From: Macrostomum lignano
Lineage: Eukaryota
Assembly (NCBI GenBank): GCA_002269645.1
Contig: NIVC01003381.1
Location: forward strand, 1-64,000
Direction: 5' to 3'
Length of the DNA: 64,000 nucleotides
Below, piece after piece: positions 1 to 26,471 of this stretch (positions within the stretch are counted from its first letter, which is position 1; every line of letters starts with the position of its first letter). The notes under the pieces were generated by a model. That model made no database searches. It worked only from the letters and a program-made list of their open reading frames with translations, and was not told where the DNA came from. Made by a program: the position numbers and the translations under genes.

Positions 1-239
1 GAGGGAAAAATAACACTTGGCAATGGAATCGACTTGTTTATCATCTACCGAACTTCGAATAGGCGAGCGAAACCCAAGAAGTTTGCGACTCTCAAGCTTG
101 ATTAAGTCAATCATTTTGCTCCCCGATCATCCCACAAAGTGCATAAATGAAATATGAAGTACAGTATGTTACTATATCAAGGTATAGGAGTAGAATATAT
201 GTGGCTATTTTTTTATCAATTAAGAGTTTATAACTTTAC

Positions 240-579
240 TGAGGTTTGCGTGTGAGGCTGTGCCTTCGTGCTTGCGTTTGTCATCTTATTCCCTAAGTCC
301 CTATTTGGTCACATGCTCTCTGTGCATGCGGATCTGTACATTTTAACCCTTGCCCTTCAGGTGATTCGAGTTTTCATTCTAATCGATATTATATCGCTTG
401 ACCATTTATATATTAATTTTTTTGAACAAATGCCAAATATACTTTGCTTACATGTACTTGTCCCATACATTCTCTTTCTTAGAAGAGCATGCGACCAAAT
501 AGAATGAATACAAATAGAATGAATATGAAACATGAATGGAATCGCAAGCACGAAAGCACAAAATCGCACGCAAACCTCA
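240..579. mobile_element. MITE/foldback-like element, about 340 bp
   Basis: 240-278 and the reverse complement of 541-579 match at about 33 of 39 nt; a second inverted segment pairs 301-320 with about 484-503; no ORF. Confidence 0.55.
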
Positions 580-865
580 ACACTATGTTTCTACTCTTAT
601 TAAGATTATGTTCAATAATGTTTACTGATGCTTCTATTGCATTATAAATCTTGATTTGGTATAAGAATTCAACAGTTTTTAAGGGGGCTTTTCGGGCACT
701 GAGAGCCGCATTCGCCTGGTGTCCAACAGCCATAGACATGTACGGCCCTCTTGTTCGTGAGTCGTGCTGCTGTTGCTGTCCGCCAGGCTCCAGGCTCAAA
801 GAAAGCTTCAAGCAATGCGGCATGCTATCGCCATCCAGCACAAAGACATGCATGCACACAAAGAC

Positions 866-14688
<13,823 letters not shown>

Positions 14689-15290
14689 TTTACGACAGCT
14701 TGAGCGGCTTGGCTAAAAATAATTTCAGTCTTCATCGATGGGGATGATGAACAAATTAGAAATTGACGCATGAATTAGTTGTTTTGGTTAAATTAAAATC
14801 AATTTATTTGACAATATATAAAATATACACTACCTTTATTGAAAACAAATATTAAATTGTTCTATCCATATTTGAAAAAAAATGATGTGCTGTTAGAGTA
14901 TAATATAGGAACTAAGAAAAATTTAAATCAATACTTTAATCTTATTTGATCAATCTTAATTAATCTTTTTTGATGCTATAATCTTATCTTTTAGTTGGTG
15001 CAAGCATTCACAAACAAGCACACAATTCACAATTCACAAACAATTCACTAAATTTTAGATGTTTCACAGGGTAAATTATTTAAAAATAACTTTTGAGGAA
15101 GGCCAAATAGTTATTAACTAAGAAAAACTAAATGCACAAAACTATGGCAAACATAGTCAATAAATAATAATTTAAAATAATTTATACACTGTATGCTCAT
15201 CAGAAGCCTTTTAATTGATTTTAAAGTGCAGCTAAAATTTACATTTTTGCATTTTAACTTCGAAAAAAATAACAAAAAGTAAAAACTTAC

Positions 15291-15512
15291 CAAGATTGAT
15301 GATGCTATAACAAGTTATCCAACCGACACGTGCACGTGACACAAGATAGATTTACTGGTCGATGATGATAGCTAACTTCGATAAATTAAAAATCTTCTTC
15401 ACACCATTTTCGCGAACTGGTGAAACAAACTCAATATCTTTTATTCATCTATTTCAAAACAAAAAATATTCATTCATATGACTAAGATTTGGAGTTTAAA
15501 AAATTGATAAAG
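15291..15512. promoter_or_regulatory. Probable bidirectional promoter with two divergent non-coding first exons
   Basis: Minus-strand donor G|GTAAGT at 15290 and plus-strand donor AG|GTGAGT at 15513 point away from each other. Matching acceptors lie at 14713 (-) and 16490 (+). Tandem E-boxes CACGTGCACGTG at 15327-15338. Confidence 0.6.
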
Positions 15513-16584
15513 GTGAGTAATAATTTTTGTTTTAATCGGTACAATAAAACCGTTAAGTTTCAATCTATAATCAGGAAAGCCATTTGTTCAGATTTTACAT
15601 ACTGTCTGATTGTTTTGAAGACTATACGTGCCCTGCCATAAATTAATATTTTCCTTTTATTTCAAACAATTTATATTTTTTTCTTCAAAAGGGTCAGCTT
15701 GCTCATCTGTATTTTACATATACAATTTTTTCGTAAATTGATTAAGTAGTATCTGCGATTTAGGCACCCGGTTTCTAAATCGATAGTCCAAAAACAGTTT
15801 ATTTCTACTACTACAATTTACTACTATAGTGGTAAATTTTCCAAATCTTACTGCACAAAAATTTTTAGAATATGTACATGTAAATTGTAGTTCCAAATTC
15901 GTCCTTGAAATCCACGATTATTCGGTAGATTCAGCAACTCGGACAATCCTTTTTTAATCTAGCTGCATGGTTAATACGCCATGACATTTGAGTAGTCCTT
16001 GCTAGATTTTGGTTTGATTAAGAATCGGTGAACCAAATTAATGATCCTTTATAATTTTGCATGTCATACATACATGTATATGTATAAATTGCCAAAATTG
16101 CCAAAAATCTCCAAGGCACAGAGTTGTACATGCCTATACATGTAGATTTTAGGCGTGCCTGCGTACAATATTGGCGCCCTTGTATGTACTCTGGAGTCAG
16201 CGCAATGGGCAGAATTGCCTCACCACTGGTTGTGGGACGTGCGAATACATATACTCATATGATATTATGACCGCACATTCCTTGGCTAGGGTTGGGCTCC
16301 ATGTACAAAGACAGTCCTTAAGTCTTTCACGCCAATTACACGTACACACGCTGAACTTTCAGCGCGCCAACCCACCCCGCCTCCAGTTAAAAAATCTGAG
16401 CTATCATTTACGTCGTACCCCCCGCTGAAGATTTCTGATTGGCTCTGGTAGGGCAGAACTGATTGCACAATTCACTCGACACTTGCACAGATTATATAAG
16501 GCAATTTTTTTTTCATTTTTATTTATCAACACCCTCCTATTGTGTGAGCAGACTCAACACACAAGGCTCAGTTCAGCTGAAACC

Positions 16585-17256
16585 ATGCCAGCCATCTCCG
16601 GTCTTGTCCTCCGCTGCTGCGGTCGCTCCTCCAACGACGCTGCAGCAGCCGACGCAGCCGCCGACGCAGCCAAACCAGCCGACACTGAACCGCCGATGCC
16701 CGATCCCACTAGCCGTCAGCTGCCAGAGAGCGAGCCGGCCGCTTGGCACCCGTCTTTGGTCGCTTTCAACGTCTACGAGCCGCAGTCGATGGCGGCAGCG
16801 GCTGCCTCAGCTGGCCGAGTCGCCCCAAACACTGCAGCAGCCGCAGCCGCCGCTCCAGCCGTCTCCCCGATGAAGTCGGAGCCGCAGCGTCAGCCGCAGC
16901 AGAGCTGCCGAGCCTGCCTTCAAGGCTGCCAGCCGAACAATGCATGGCTGCCCGGGTGCAGCAGCCTGCGCCGCTATCAGAAGCGCAGCGAGAGCCCGAT
17001 GTTCAACCCCTACCTGAGGCCGCGCAGCTGCACCAGCTTAGAAGACATTCGAATCTGGTCGCAGCGCAAAACCAGCGCCCTGCTGATGGCCGCCGCCGCC
17101 GCCACCGCCGCCGCCACCGCAGATTTGACAGACTCGGGCACGGCCGAATCGAATAGCAACTGCAGCATTGACTGCGTGAGCTATGCTAGCGACAGCAGCA
17201 ATGCCAATTCTAGAAGCCCGCCAGATATTGAACTGTCCGGCTACTTTGGTCAGTAG
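16585..17256 (+). CDS. Orphan 223-aa Ala/Ser/Pro-rich, probably disordered protein (single coding exon)
   Basis: aaccATG at 16585 downstream of acceptor ttgcacag|16491; GC-rich island in AT-rich flanks; TAG at 17254-17256. No domain recognised. Confidence 0.7.
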   Translation: MPAISGLVLRCCGRSSNDAAAADAAADAAKPADTEPPMPDPTSRQLPESEPAAWHPSLVAFNVYEPQSMAAAAASAGRVAPNTAAAAAAAPAVSPMKSEPQRQPQQSCRACLQGCQPNNAWLPGCSSLRRYQKRSESPMFNPYLRPRSCTSLEDIRIWSQRKTSALLMAAAAATAAATADLTDSGTAESNSNCSIDCVSYASDSSNANSRSPPDIELSGYFGQ

Positions 17257-17649
17257 CAGCATGCCTTGTGTTATCTGAGTGAATCTGAGTTTTACAAATT
17301 AAGCATATCTTTGTATGAGCTCGTGCTTGCCTAAAACATACTTAGTGACTTTTAATTGGAATTTACTAATAACAAACGAGCATTAGATAGGGACTGCGCT
17401 GGTCAACTAGTCGGACCACGCGTTTCCCAGGACTTTCTATTTCTTAACTGCATTTACATTAAAGAAATACATTTTTACGCGGCAAACCTAGGCCAGATAT
17501 TTTTAAGCGTGTTTTACTTTCTTGGCCGAACAAAATTAATTTACTTGACTTTTGTAAACAAACGTGTAATTTTTTTCAAGATTTGATACTCCACGCTAGC
17601 TACTTATGATACTACATCGAGTAGATTTGTCTGTCCCTTGAAATAGAAG

Positions 17650-18704
17650 GGTCTAATCAGTTTGTCAGCCTCTCAGACAGTTGCCAGCCGACATTTACCA
17701 GCCAGACAGTTGCCAGCCGACAGTTACCAGCCGACAGTTGCCAGCCGACAGTAACCAGCCGACAGACAGTAACCAGCCAGACAGTTACCAGCCGACAGAC
17801 AGTAACCAGCCAGACAGTTACCAGCCGACAGTTACCAGCCGACAGTTACCAGCCGACAGTTACCAGCCGACAGTTACCAGCCGACAGTTACCAGCCGACA
17901 GTTACCAGCCGACAGTTACCAGCCGACAGTTACCAGCCGACAGTTGCTAGCCAGACATTTACCAGCCGACAGTTACCAGCCGACAGTTGCTAGCCAGACA
18001 TTTGCCAGCCAGACATTTGCCAGCTGACAGTTAGCAGCCGACAGTTACCAGCCAGACAGTTGCCAGCCGACAGTTAGCAGCCGACAGTTGCTAGCCAGAC
18101 ATTTACCAGCCGACAGTTACCAGCCGACAGTTGCTAGCCAGACAGTTGCTAGCCAGACATTTGCCAGCCAGACATTTGCCAGCTGACAGTTGCCGGTCAG
18201 ACATTTGCCCACTGCTCACTGCACACCAATTTTTGTCTAGTCCAGCCTTTACTATCCCAGCGGTGTGAACGAGTCATAACTATACGATTGAAATTATGTG
18301 AACTGTTTGTCAGCAAACAAAATTTTGGCAGAGTTTTCATGGCTTTGTGAAAGAGCCCTGTGCACTACAAGCACATTTAATAAATTCTATTACAATGTTT
18401 ATTCGCTTTACGCACTGATAATTTCTTGGGCTTTCCTGGAAATTATCGGTAGTTGGGACCTTAGTTTTACCGATGTTATGACCTTAGCGAGCCTAGATAT
18501 GAAGTTTATTTTTTTACAGTGCATGTTACATGACCTTGTGAATTGTGAAACTGGGGCTGCTTAATTAGTTCAGCTGGCAACTGTCTGACTGGAATATGTC
18601 TGACAGGCAACTGTCAGCTGGCAAATGTCTGACAGGCAACTATCAGCTGGCAACAAATGTCTGACACGCAACTATCGGCTTGCAATTAACAAACTATTTG
18701 GTCC
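17650..18704. mobile_element. Foldback-like element: 14-bp array on the left, inverted degenerate copies on the right, unique core
   Basis: (cagccgacagttac)n at 17675-18210 versus ctggcaactgtctg-type units at 18570-18680; outer ends weakly inverted; no TSD seen. Confidence 0.4.
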
Positions 18705-19878
18705 GCGGTCACGCTTTGAGTTCCAATACCCTGCTTTGTAGGTAGTAGTAGACATTGCCTATGCGATGCCTACCCTGAAACAAAAAAAACAAACTTCATA
18801 GGACACTTCTTTCTCGGGGTGGGGCTGATTACACGCCACTGTCAATGGCAATGCTGCCCATAGCGATACATAGCGATTCCCCAAAAACAATCCGTACCCT
18901 GGGCGCACATCCCGGAAGTGTGGCTTCCCGTTTGAACTCGCATAAGCAGCGGATCCGCACAAACAGTAAAGAATTAACGCACGAAATTAGCATAGAAATT
19001 TCGGCTTCGCAATAATAGACTGGGGAAGAGCAGCAAAAATGGTTGGCTATGTAAATATAGCTTAGCTATGGTTTTGAATCAGTTGACTGCGTTTTATTTT
19101 GCGCATGGGAAAGCTGAAGACTGGGACAGTTACTGCTGATAATCAGACGGGAGAGGTCACTGCAAGGTCAATTCAGACGGGTTTCAGCATTATCTGCATA
19201 CAGACAGGCAATATATTAGCGGTTGTTGGTTACTAAAGTTTAATATGAGTACAGTAGTTCAAAAAGCAGGGAAATTAAACATATTAAAATAATATTAAAG
19301 AAAAAGCTAGAACAAAATTTAAAAAATACTTCAATGAAAGCAAATTGCAAAGCAAATTTCTAAATTACATGCAAAAATAATGATACATAGATAGAAAGCT
19401 TGCCACCAAGGCTTTTGTGATTATAATATAAGTTAATCCATTCTGCATAGAAAATGTAAAAAACAAAATGGCAAAAAGGAAGACAGAACAAGGTATAGAA
19501 GCTGACATATGAATGATTTTTAGAAGCAGATATTTTCATGCTAATGTGTAAAAATCAAAGTCATGTTACAGATGAAATTTAAGCAAAGTTTCTTAGTAGT
19601 AAATTTTATAAGAAACAAAAATGCCTTTAGTACATTTATTAACCAAAAACACTGAATATTTTATTTTCCTTTCAAAAGGCCAACTAACCTGCCTATTTAA
19701 TCAGCTCAGGCTTCTTAAGTCTTAGCATGACTTTTAATGATGACTTTTACAACTACCAGCTTTTGAAATTTAGCTAAATTATATAAGAAAACAAAAGAGA
19801 GTAAACTAAAAAGCCTTTAGAAAACTACTGCTAGTTAGTTGATCATTGTTAGATTTCAAGGCATGGCATTTAGTATGA

Positions 19879-21172
19879 TTAAAATTGGCTATAGCTTGGT
19901 CCTGTAGCCCTGTTGTTAAAGCAGACCTTGTAGATAACCAAGCCAATGACACCCAGGCCAATAGCTAGCACAAAGCCACCAAAAAATGAAGCACCATCAA
20001 AACCACCTGTACCAGTCACAGTTTGAGGTATTGGTACTGGTGTAGAAGCTAGTTCTGAGCCATTGTTTTTTATGTTAGTGCTAATAGGATTGGTAAAGTT
20101 GGTAGTAGCAGGTTTGGTAGTAGCAATTGTAGATTTGGCAGTAGCAGAAGTTGATGGCAATACAGATGACTGTATTGAACTGCTGTCAGAGTATGCCTTA
20201 GTGCTGGCTTTATGTTCAGTGGTTTGATGATGATTAGCATTGTCTAAATTCAAGCTCTTGGTACTTGCAGTTGTCTTGGCATGAGAGCCTAAAATGTAAA
20301 ACATAAGCATTTTAGTCAGGCAATAAGGTATAAATAATTAAATAAAGACAAATACATGTACATGTTCTTTAAACACAATAAACAGTCCAGGGTGTACTTC
20401 ATATATCAAGCATGCAAAACAAAAAGTTTTGACCAAGAAAGGCGCAGAAAACAGTGGATTTTTGCCAGAAAAGTGCACATATTTTTGGATTAAAATGTAG
20501 AAATGGTAACTCTAGTGCTAATAGCTCGTATTAATTTACTAATGCTCCCTCAGAGCCAAAAAAGTTTTAATGAAGTTTTGCGCATATGCATTTTTATTAT
20601 TTTTTTACTTTCCATACAGAACCTGTTATTTATTTTTGGGATAAATTTCAAACTGGTAAACAGTAAATAAAAACACTTAGGCCTTAATATTAATACTAAG
20701 TCTTCTGTGACTATACACAAAACAAATAATAATATATCAAGTAGTTAAGAGCTACTAAAGTAAATATATAGTATAGGTTAAGTATTTACACAAAAACAAA
20801 ATAAAAATATGTTCTCTGTATTTTGTCAATTTGTATAGTGTACTATTGATTGTAATTGTACTGGTGTAAAGTGTAAAAGCAAATTTCTAATAATAATTAA
20901 TAAATGCAATTTGATAAGATGTAACTGTAATATATGTATCTATTGTTTAGGAAAGATTGGATTTCTAAAGTAGCTACAGCTAAGCTACTAATAAATATTT
21001 ACCGATTTATCTTGACTAGAAACATGATTTTATGCAATAATATAAATATAATATAAAGATAGCTATCTAGAAAGTAGAAACAATAAATTAGTCACTTACC
21101 ATTAGTCGCTTGCAAAATTGTTAGAAAAATGACTCCTCCGAAGATTAATGAGTTGAAAGTCTTATGCTGCAT
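19879..21172 (-). CDS. CD164: CD164/endolyn (MGC-24)/TMEM123-family type I membrane mucin, 160 aa; exons 21172-21100 and 20288-19879
   Basis: Exon 1 encodes signal peptide MQHKTFNSLIFGGVIFLTILQATN; phase-1 GTAAGT/AG join; S/T-rich stalk; family signature FDGASFFGGFVL followed by a TM helix; C-terminal YSQF (YxxPhi sorting motif). Confidence 0.85.
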
Positions 21173-23469
21173 GTTGTTGGATGCCCTGTCAGTTAAAATT
21201 TGAATATTGTGCACTGTTGTCGGCTCAGTCCCAATCGATTTAAATTTCCTGGAGAAGGCAACACTACAAATTAAACTATAATGATAGTTCGATTCGTAGT
21301 TCGTAGAAAGCGTGCAGGTTTAAGAAGCTATCGCAAAATAAAATGGTCAGAAACAAATCTATATAAAAACTATAACAAAAGTCTTTTAGGTTTCTTAATA
21401 TTTACCGAACTTCTGAAATTATGTAAAATTAATCAGCAAATAAGATTTAAAATTTGATTTTCGTAGCAATACTATTCTTAATGATAGCAGAGACAAATGA
21501 CTAGACACACGACAAAAGCTTAATTAAATTCGCTAAAATGGGAACTACATAAGGTTTATTAATTAGCATCGATCGTCGATCGTTTACAAACAAGGGCTTT
21601 TGAGAAATAGCTAAATCAGTATTGAACACCGTCCACCGATCTTACATATTCAAGATAAGACAGAGTGGTCTTGTGCAGAATTCTGAATTGTAGAATGGAT
21701 CAAGCAATGGATCAATGGATCAATGGAATGGATCAAGCATCAAGCACGTTTAAATTTTACATGTATTCGTTCATCATACGCATCTATAAAGAGATTGCTT
21801 AGCACCCTTATTTAACGAACTTTTAAAAGTAATCGACTGTTATGAGACTGCTCATACATGCATTGAAAAACAAAATGGTTGGTTGTCTTCTTCAAATACA
21901 GATGGGCCTAACAGGACCTACATGTATGTAGTAGTTGATGGAGAGCAGATGCGACCATTGCGGTGTTAAGCTGGGAGATTTGTGTGCCCAGAGCTACATG
22001 TATGGGGTAAATCAGCCTTGCTGCTGACTCAACCCTTCCCAGATCCCATCTGCCCACTCGAGCGATCCACTCGAACCGAAATTCGGTTCCAAGTGCCAGT
22101 GGCAGAGGACTCGCATGGATGATGTTGTCTCTCCTTCTCCCCCGATTCGCCAGCTAAAACCTCTTGGTGCTTGCGTGTGTGGGTGTGTGTGTGTGTGTGC
22201 TCTCCTCCTGCACTCGCTGGTTCTCGGGACTCCCTTCCCCATCTCGCAGCGTCCGTTTTCTTGGTGCGTGCAGCAGCTGCAAGCGCTATCGATCGATCCG
22301 ACTCCCTTGCTATCCCCCCTCATCAGCCCGTCTCTACAGACCCTCCTCCCCTTTCCGCCTCCAGCGACACCGGGCCCCCTAGCAGCAGAATTGCCCCCCC
22401 CCTAGTTCGGCGGCCCGGGCACCTCCTCCATTTTGCAGTCTCCACCTTGCCCCACGAAGCCTGCCCCCCTCACTCTCTGCAGCCTGCTGTCCAAAAGCCG
22501 TGACCGCCGGTTGCGAAGAGTGTTGTTGGAATAGCGCGGATTGACAGTGGGAGAGAGAGAGAGGAGATGGGATCGGAGCTGAGAGATGGCGCGGAGCATG
22601 GCTTGCAGCTTCGGTGTGGAACTGAAGCGGGCCTGCATGCATTGAAGGGTGAGCGAGTGCCTCCGTTTCCTTCAGCTTTCGTCCTGCGGCGACCCCTTTT
22701 TCTTCCGAGAGATAGCAAGAGAGAGAGAGAGAGGGGGGGGGGAGAGACGAGAGAGATGCTGACCATCGGCCTAGCTTCCCAGCATCCCAGCATCAGCCGA
22801 CTATAGGCAATCCTTTCCCTTCTCCCCTTTCTTATCTCCCTTTCCTTCTTATCAATTTCGCATATTTCTGAACAACGCCGTGCCAGCAGCAGTTTTATTT
22901 AGAGAATATTTGCTCACTCGGTGCGGTGACTAACGCTTGCTCTGGTGGGATCTCCCCCCCCCCGAGAGCTTGCTTTTGCAGGCCTGAAGCACGTCTGAGT
23001 CAAACTTTTTTGACTTAACTCCTTTTCTATTAATAAGGAAGGAAGGAATTTCTAAAGTTGCTAATGGGAATCGCTAGAGAGAAACGAGGGTCCCTCCTAA
23101 CTCATTCCCTGCAGCTGTGTCACACAAAGTGACGCCCAGGTTGGCTAGCTATGGCAGTGTAAGAATCTAATCATATGCATTTTTCCCAGGCTCGGTCTCT
23201 GATTTCCCATTCTCAATCAGTGTGCAACTTGACTCTCAATGGCGCTGAGGGGGGGCAAGTATTGTAATACTTCAAGTATGCAATTATGCTTGCCTTTTTA
23301 GCTGTTGTTCTTCAATAAGACATAAAGAAGTTGTTATAGCAAAAAACTACAGCCTATGCATTTGTAAAACTTTTACATCGATGGTGCAACTTGTCTGAGA
23401 TCTGAGAATAGCTGATCTGAGCTTGACGCCTGTTTCTCTGTCCCGTACATTTGCGATATTTGAAGCAAA

Positions 23470-24895
23470 TGGTTACTGTAGGCATTGGTCAATAGTATAG
23501 GCATTGGTCACTAGTGTAGGCATTGGTCACTAGTGTAGGCATTGGTCACTAGTGTAGGCATTGGTCACTAGTGTAGACATTGGTCACTAGTGTAGGCATT
23601 GGTCACTAGTGTAGGCATTGGTCACTGTAGGCATTGGTCACTAGTGTAGGCATTGGTCACTAGTGTAGGCATTGGTCACTAGTGTAGGCATTGGTCACTG
23701 TAGGCATTGGTCACTAGTGTAGGCATTGGTCACTAGTGTAGGCATTGGTCACTAGTGTAGGCATTGGTCACTAGTGTAGGCATTGGTCACTAGTGTAGGC
23801 ATTGGTCACTAGTGTAGGCATTGGTCACTAGTGTAGACATTGGTCACTAGTGTAGGCATTGGTCACTAGTGTAGGCATTGGTCACTGTAGGCATTGGTCA
23901 CTAGTGTAGGCATTGGTCACTAGTGTAGGCATTGGTCACTAGTGTAGGCATTGTTCACTGTAGGCATTGGTCACTAGTGTAGGCATTTGTCACTGTAGGC
24001 ATTGGTCACTAGTGTAGGCATTGGTTACTGTAGGCATTGGTCACTAGTGTAGGCATTTGTCACTGTAGGCATTGGTCACTGTAGGCATTGGTCACTAGTG
24101 TAGGCATTGGTCACTAGTGTAGGCATTGGTCACTAGTGTAGGCATTGGTCACTAGTGTAGGCATTGGTCACTAGTGTAGACATTGGTCACTAGTGTAGGC
24201 ATTGGTCACTAGTGTAGGCATTGGTCACTGTAGGCATTGGTCACTAGTGTAGGCATTGGTCACTAGTGTAGGCATTGGTCACTAGTGTAGACATTGGTCA
24301 CTAGTGTAGGCATTGGTCACTAGTGTAGACATTGGTCACTGTAGGCATTGGTCACTAGTGTAGGCATTGGTCACTAGTGTAGGCATTGGTCACTAGTGTA
24401 GGCATTGGTTACTGTAGGCATTGGTCACTAGTGTAGGCATTTGTCACTGTAGGCATTGGTCACTAGTGTAGGCATTGGTTACTGTAGGCATTGGTTACTG
24501 TAGGCATTGGTCACTAGTGTAAGCATTGGTCACTGTAGACATTGGCAGTTTCCACTGCAGGCAATGGCAGTTTCCACTGCAGGCAATGGCAGTTTCCACT
24601 GCAGGCATTGGCAGTTTCCACTGCAGGCATTGGCAGTTTCCACTGCAGGCATTGGCAGTTTCCACTGCAGGCATTGGCAGTTTCCACTGCAGGCAATGGC
24701 AGTTTCCACTGCAGGCATTGGCAGTTTCCACTGCAGGCATTGGCAGTTTCCACTGCAGGCATTGGCAGTTTCCACTGCAGGCAATGGCAGTTTCCACTGC
24801 AGGCATTGGCAGTTTCCACTGCAGGCATTGGCAGTTTCCACTGCAGGCAATGGCAGTTTCCACTGCAGGCAATGGCAGTTTCCACTGCAGGCAAT
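23470..24895. repeat. Compound minisatellite: 19/15-bp units switching to 22-bp units near 24540
   Basis: (gtaggcattggtcactagt)n then (gcaggcattggcagtttccact)n. Confidence 0.95.
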
Positions 24896-25430
24896 TAGCT
24901 GCGTGTAAAAATCTTTCTTAGAAATTCGCGAAGGTTCGGCAGAAGGTCAAATGTAGTAAAGTAAAATCCCACGCATCTCAGCCTATCCGGAGATTACGAA
25001 AATGAGCTCGGTCAGTTCACTATCTTCCCAAGATCTCACGGGCATTTGATTTCCAATTTCGCCCGTCAGAAATTTCCCCAGCAGTTCATTTCCCCTTCAT
25101 CCTGAGATGCCCTCGCCCATGAGAAGGAGATAAGCAGATAGGAAATGAGAACGGTTGGAAAAAATAGCAAACGAAACGACTCGAGCAGAAGACTCACGGC
25201 TGCTGGACCCTTCATCACCTAACCAACCCTCCCAGTTTCCAGCGCTCCCAGTTTCCCATTTCCTTAGCCAGTCTCCCCCATCCTTCTTCTTTTATCGATC
25301 CGTGCCAGCGCCAGACGCCAGAAAGCAATAAAAAGAGCTGAGAATATAAGCTCATAGGGAGGGGGGGCTCTACTGACTTGAAATCAATCGATCAATCAGC
25401 TCAGCCGCCAGGGAATCCTGCGCGCGCGCG

Positions 25431-25469
<39 letters not shown>

Positions 25470-26066
25470 CATGGCCCCCTCAGCGAGTTCCTATCTCCAT
25501 CCTGTCACACGTTCGCCCAGCCTCGCGCGCTCATGCCAAATCCCGACCTTCTCCTCTTCCTTTAATGCCGGTCCCGCCGCCTGCTCCAGAAAATACTTCA
25601 CTTGAGAGCACAGAGAGCTCAGCTGAGAGTCTGCGGAGAGCTTGGCGCCTCCATCAGCCGCAGACTCTTGACTAATCTCAACAATTCCCTAGGCCCAACC
25701 CTGCTTCCTTCCCCGGCTCTATCCCCACTCCCAATATTCATGGGCAGCCGCGGCGGGAAGCCTAGCTCATTCATTCTCATTCCTTCTTCACTCTGCGCCA
25801 CGATTTCTCATTTAGCGATAGAGCGGAGATGAGGGAGGGGGGGCAGTGGGAGACTGCAGGACTCAGATCGGATGGTGCTGTGCTTGGTCTATAATGGAAC
25901 ACGGAGGCGGCGCGTGAGTCCTTAGCAGTCATTACTGGGGGGGGGGGGGCTGGCAACTGGGTGCTGGGGGCTGAGAGGGAGGGGGTTGGTAAAGGAATTG
26001 AGGAAAAAATGGGGATGAAAGATTCTAGACTAAGGGCTTTGGCAGCGTCGCTAGCGGGTCCCAAAT

Positions 26067-26089
<23 letters not shown>

Positions 26090-26152
<63 letters not shown>

Positions 26153-26163
26153 GCGCGCGCGCA
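26090..26163. repeat. (CA)n followed by (CG)n alternating purine-pyrimidine tract
   Basis: Directly visible. Confidence 0.9.
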
Positions 26164-26350
26164 CACTCATTACAATGTCCAGCAGTCGCAGGAGAGAAAG
26201 GAATAGAGAGGGAGGGGAGAAAAACCAAGGGGAGACGAGAATAGAGATGGGCGAGACACGGGCCCTTCCTTGGGCCTCAGACGCCTCGGGCCAGGCCTGA
26301 CCGCCTCGCGTTCCTTCCCCACCCCCTCCGTCGGCCTTGGCCGCAGTCTA

Positions 26351-26471
26351 ATTGGTTGGCCGAACTGTTTAAATACCCGGGCCCCAAGGCGACTCCGGAG
26401 CCCCTTTGCTGCCCGGTCCGCCTCTCCGCTCCGACCTAACGCAGGCCTCCGTCTCCAAGCTGAAGCTTAAG
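26351..26471 (+). promoter_or_regulatory. Pol II promoter and ATG-less first exon (candidate miRNA host)
   Basis: Reverse CCAAT (ATTGG) at 26351, TATA-like TTTAAATA at 26368-26375, donor AAG|GTAAGA at 26472. Confidence 0.5.

Noticed and set aside
22060-22105. Inverted repeat GAACCGAA-A-TTCGGTTC with TGGCAC on the minus strand
   Set aside because: Stem about 12 bp with a tiny loop; geometry does not fit a pre-miRNA.
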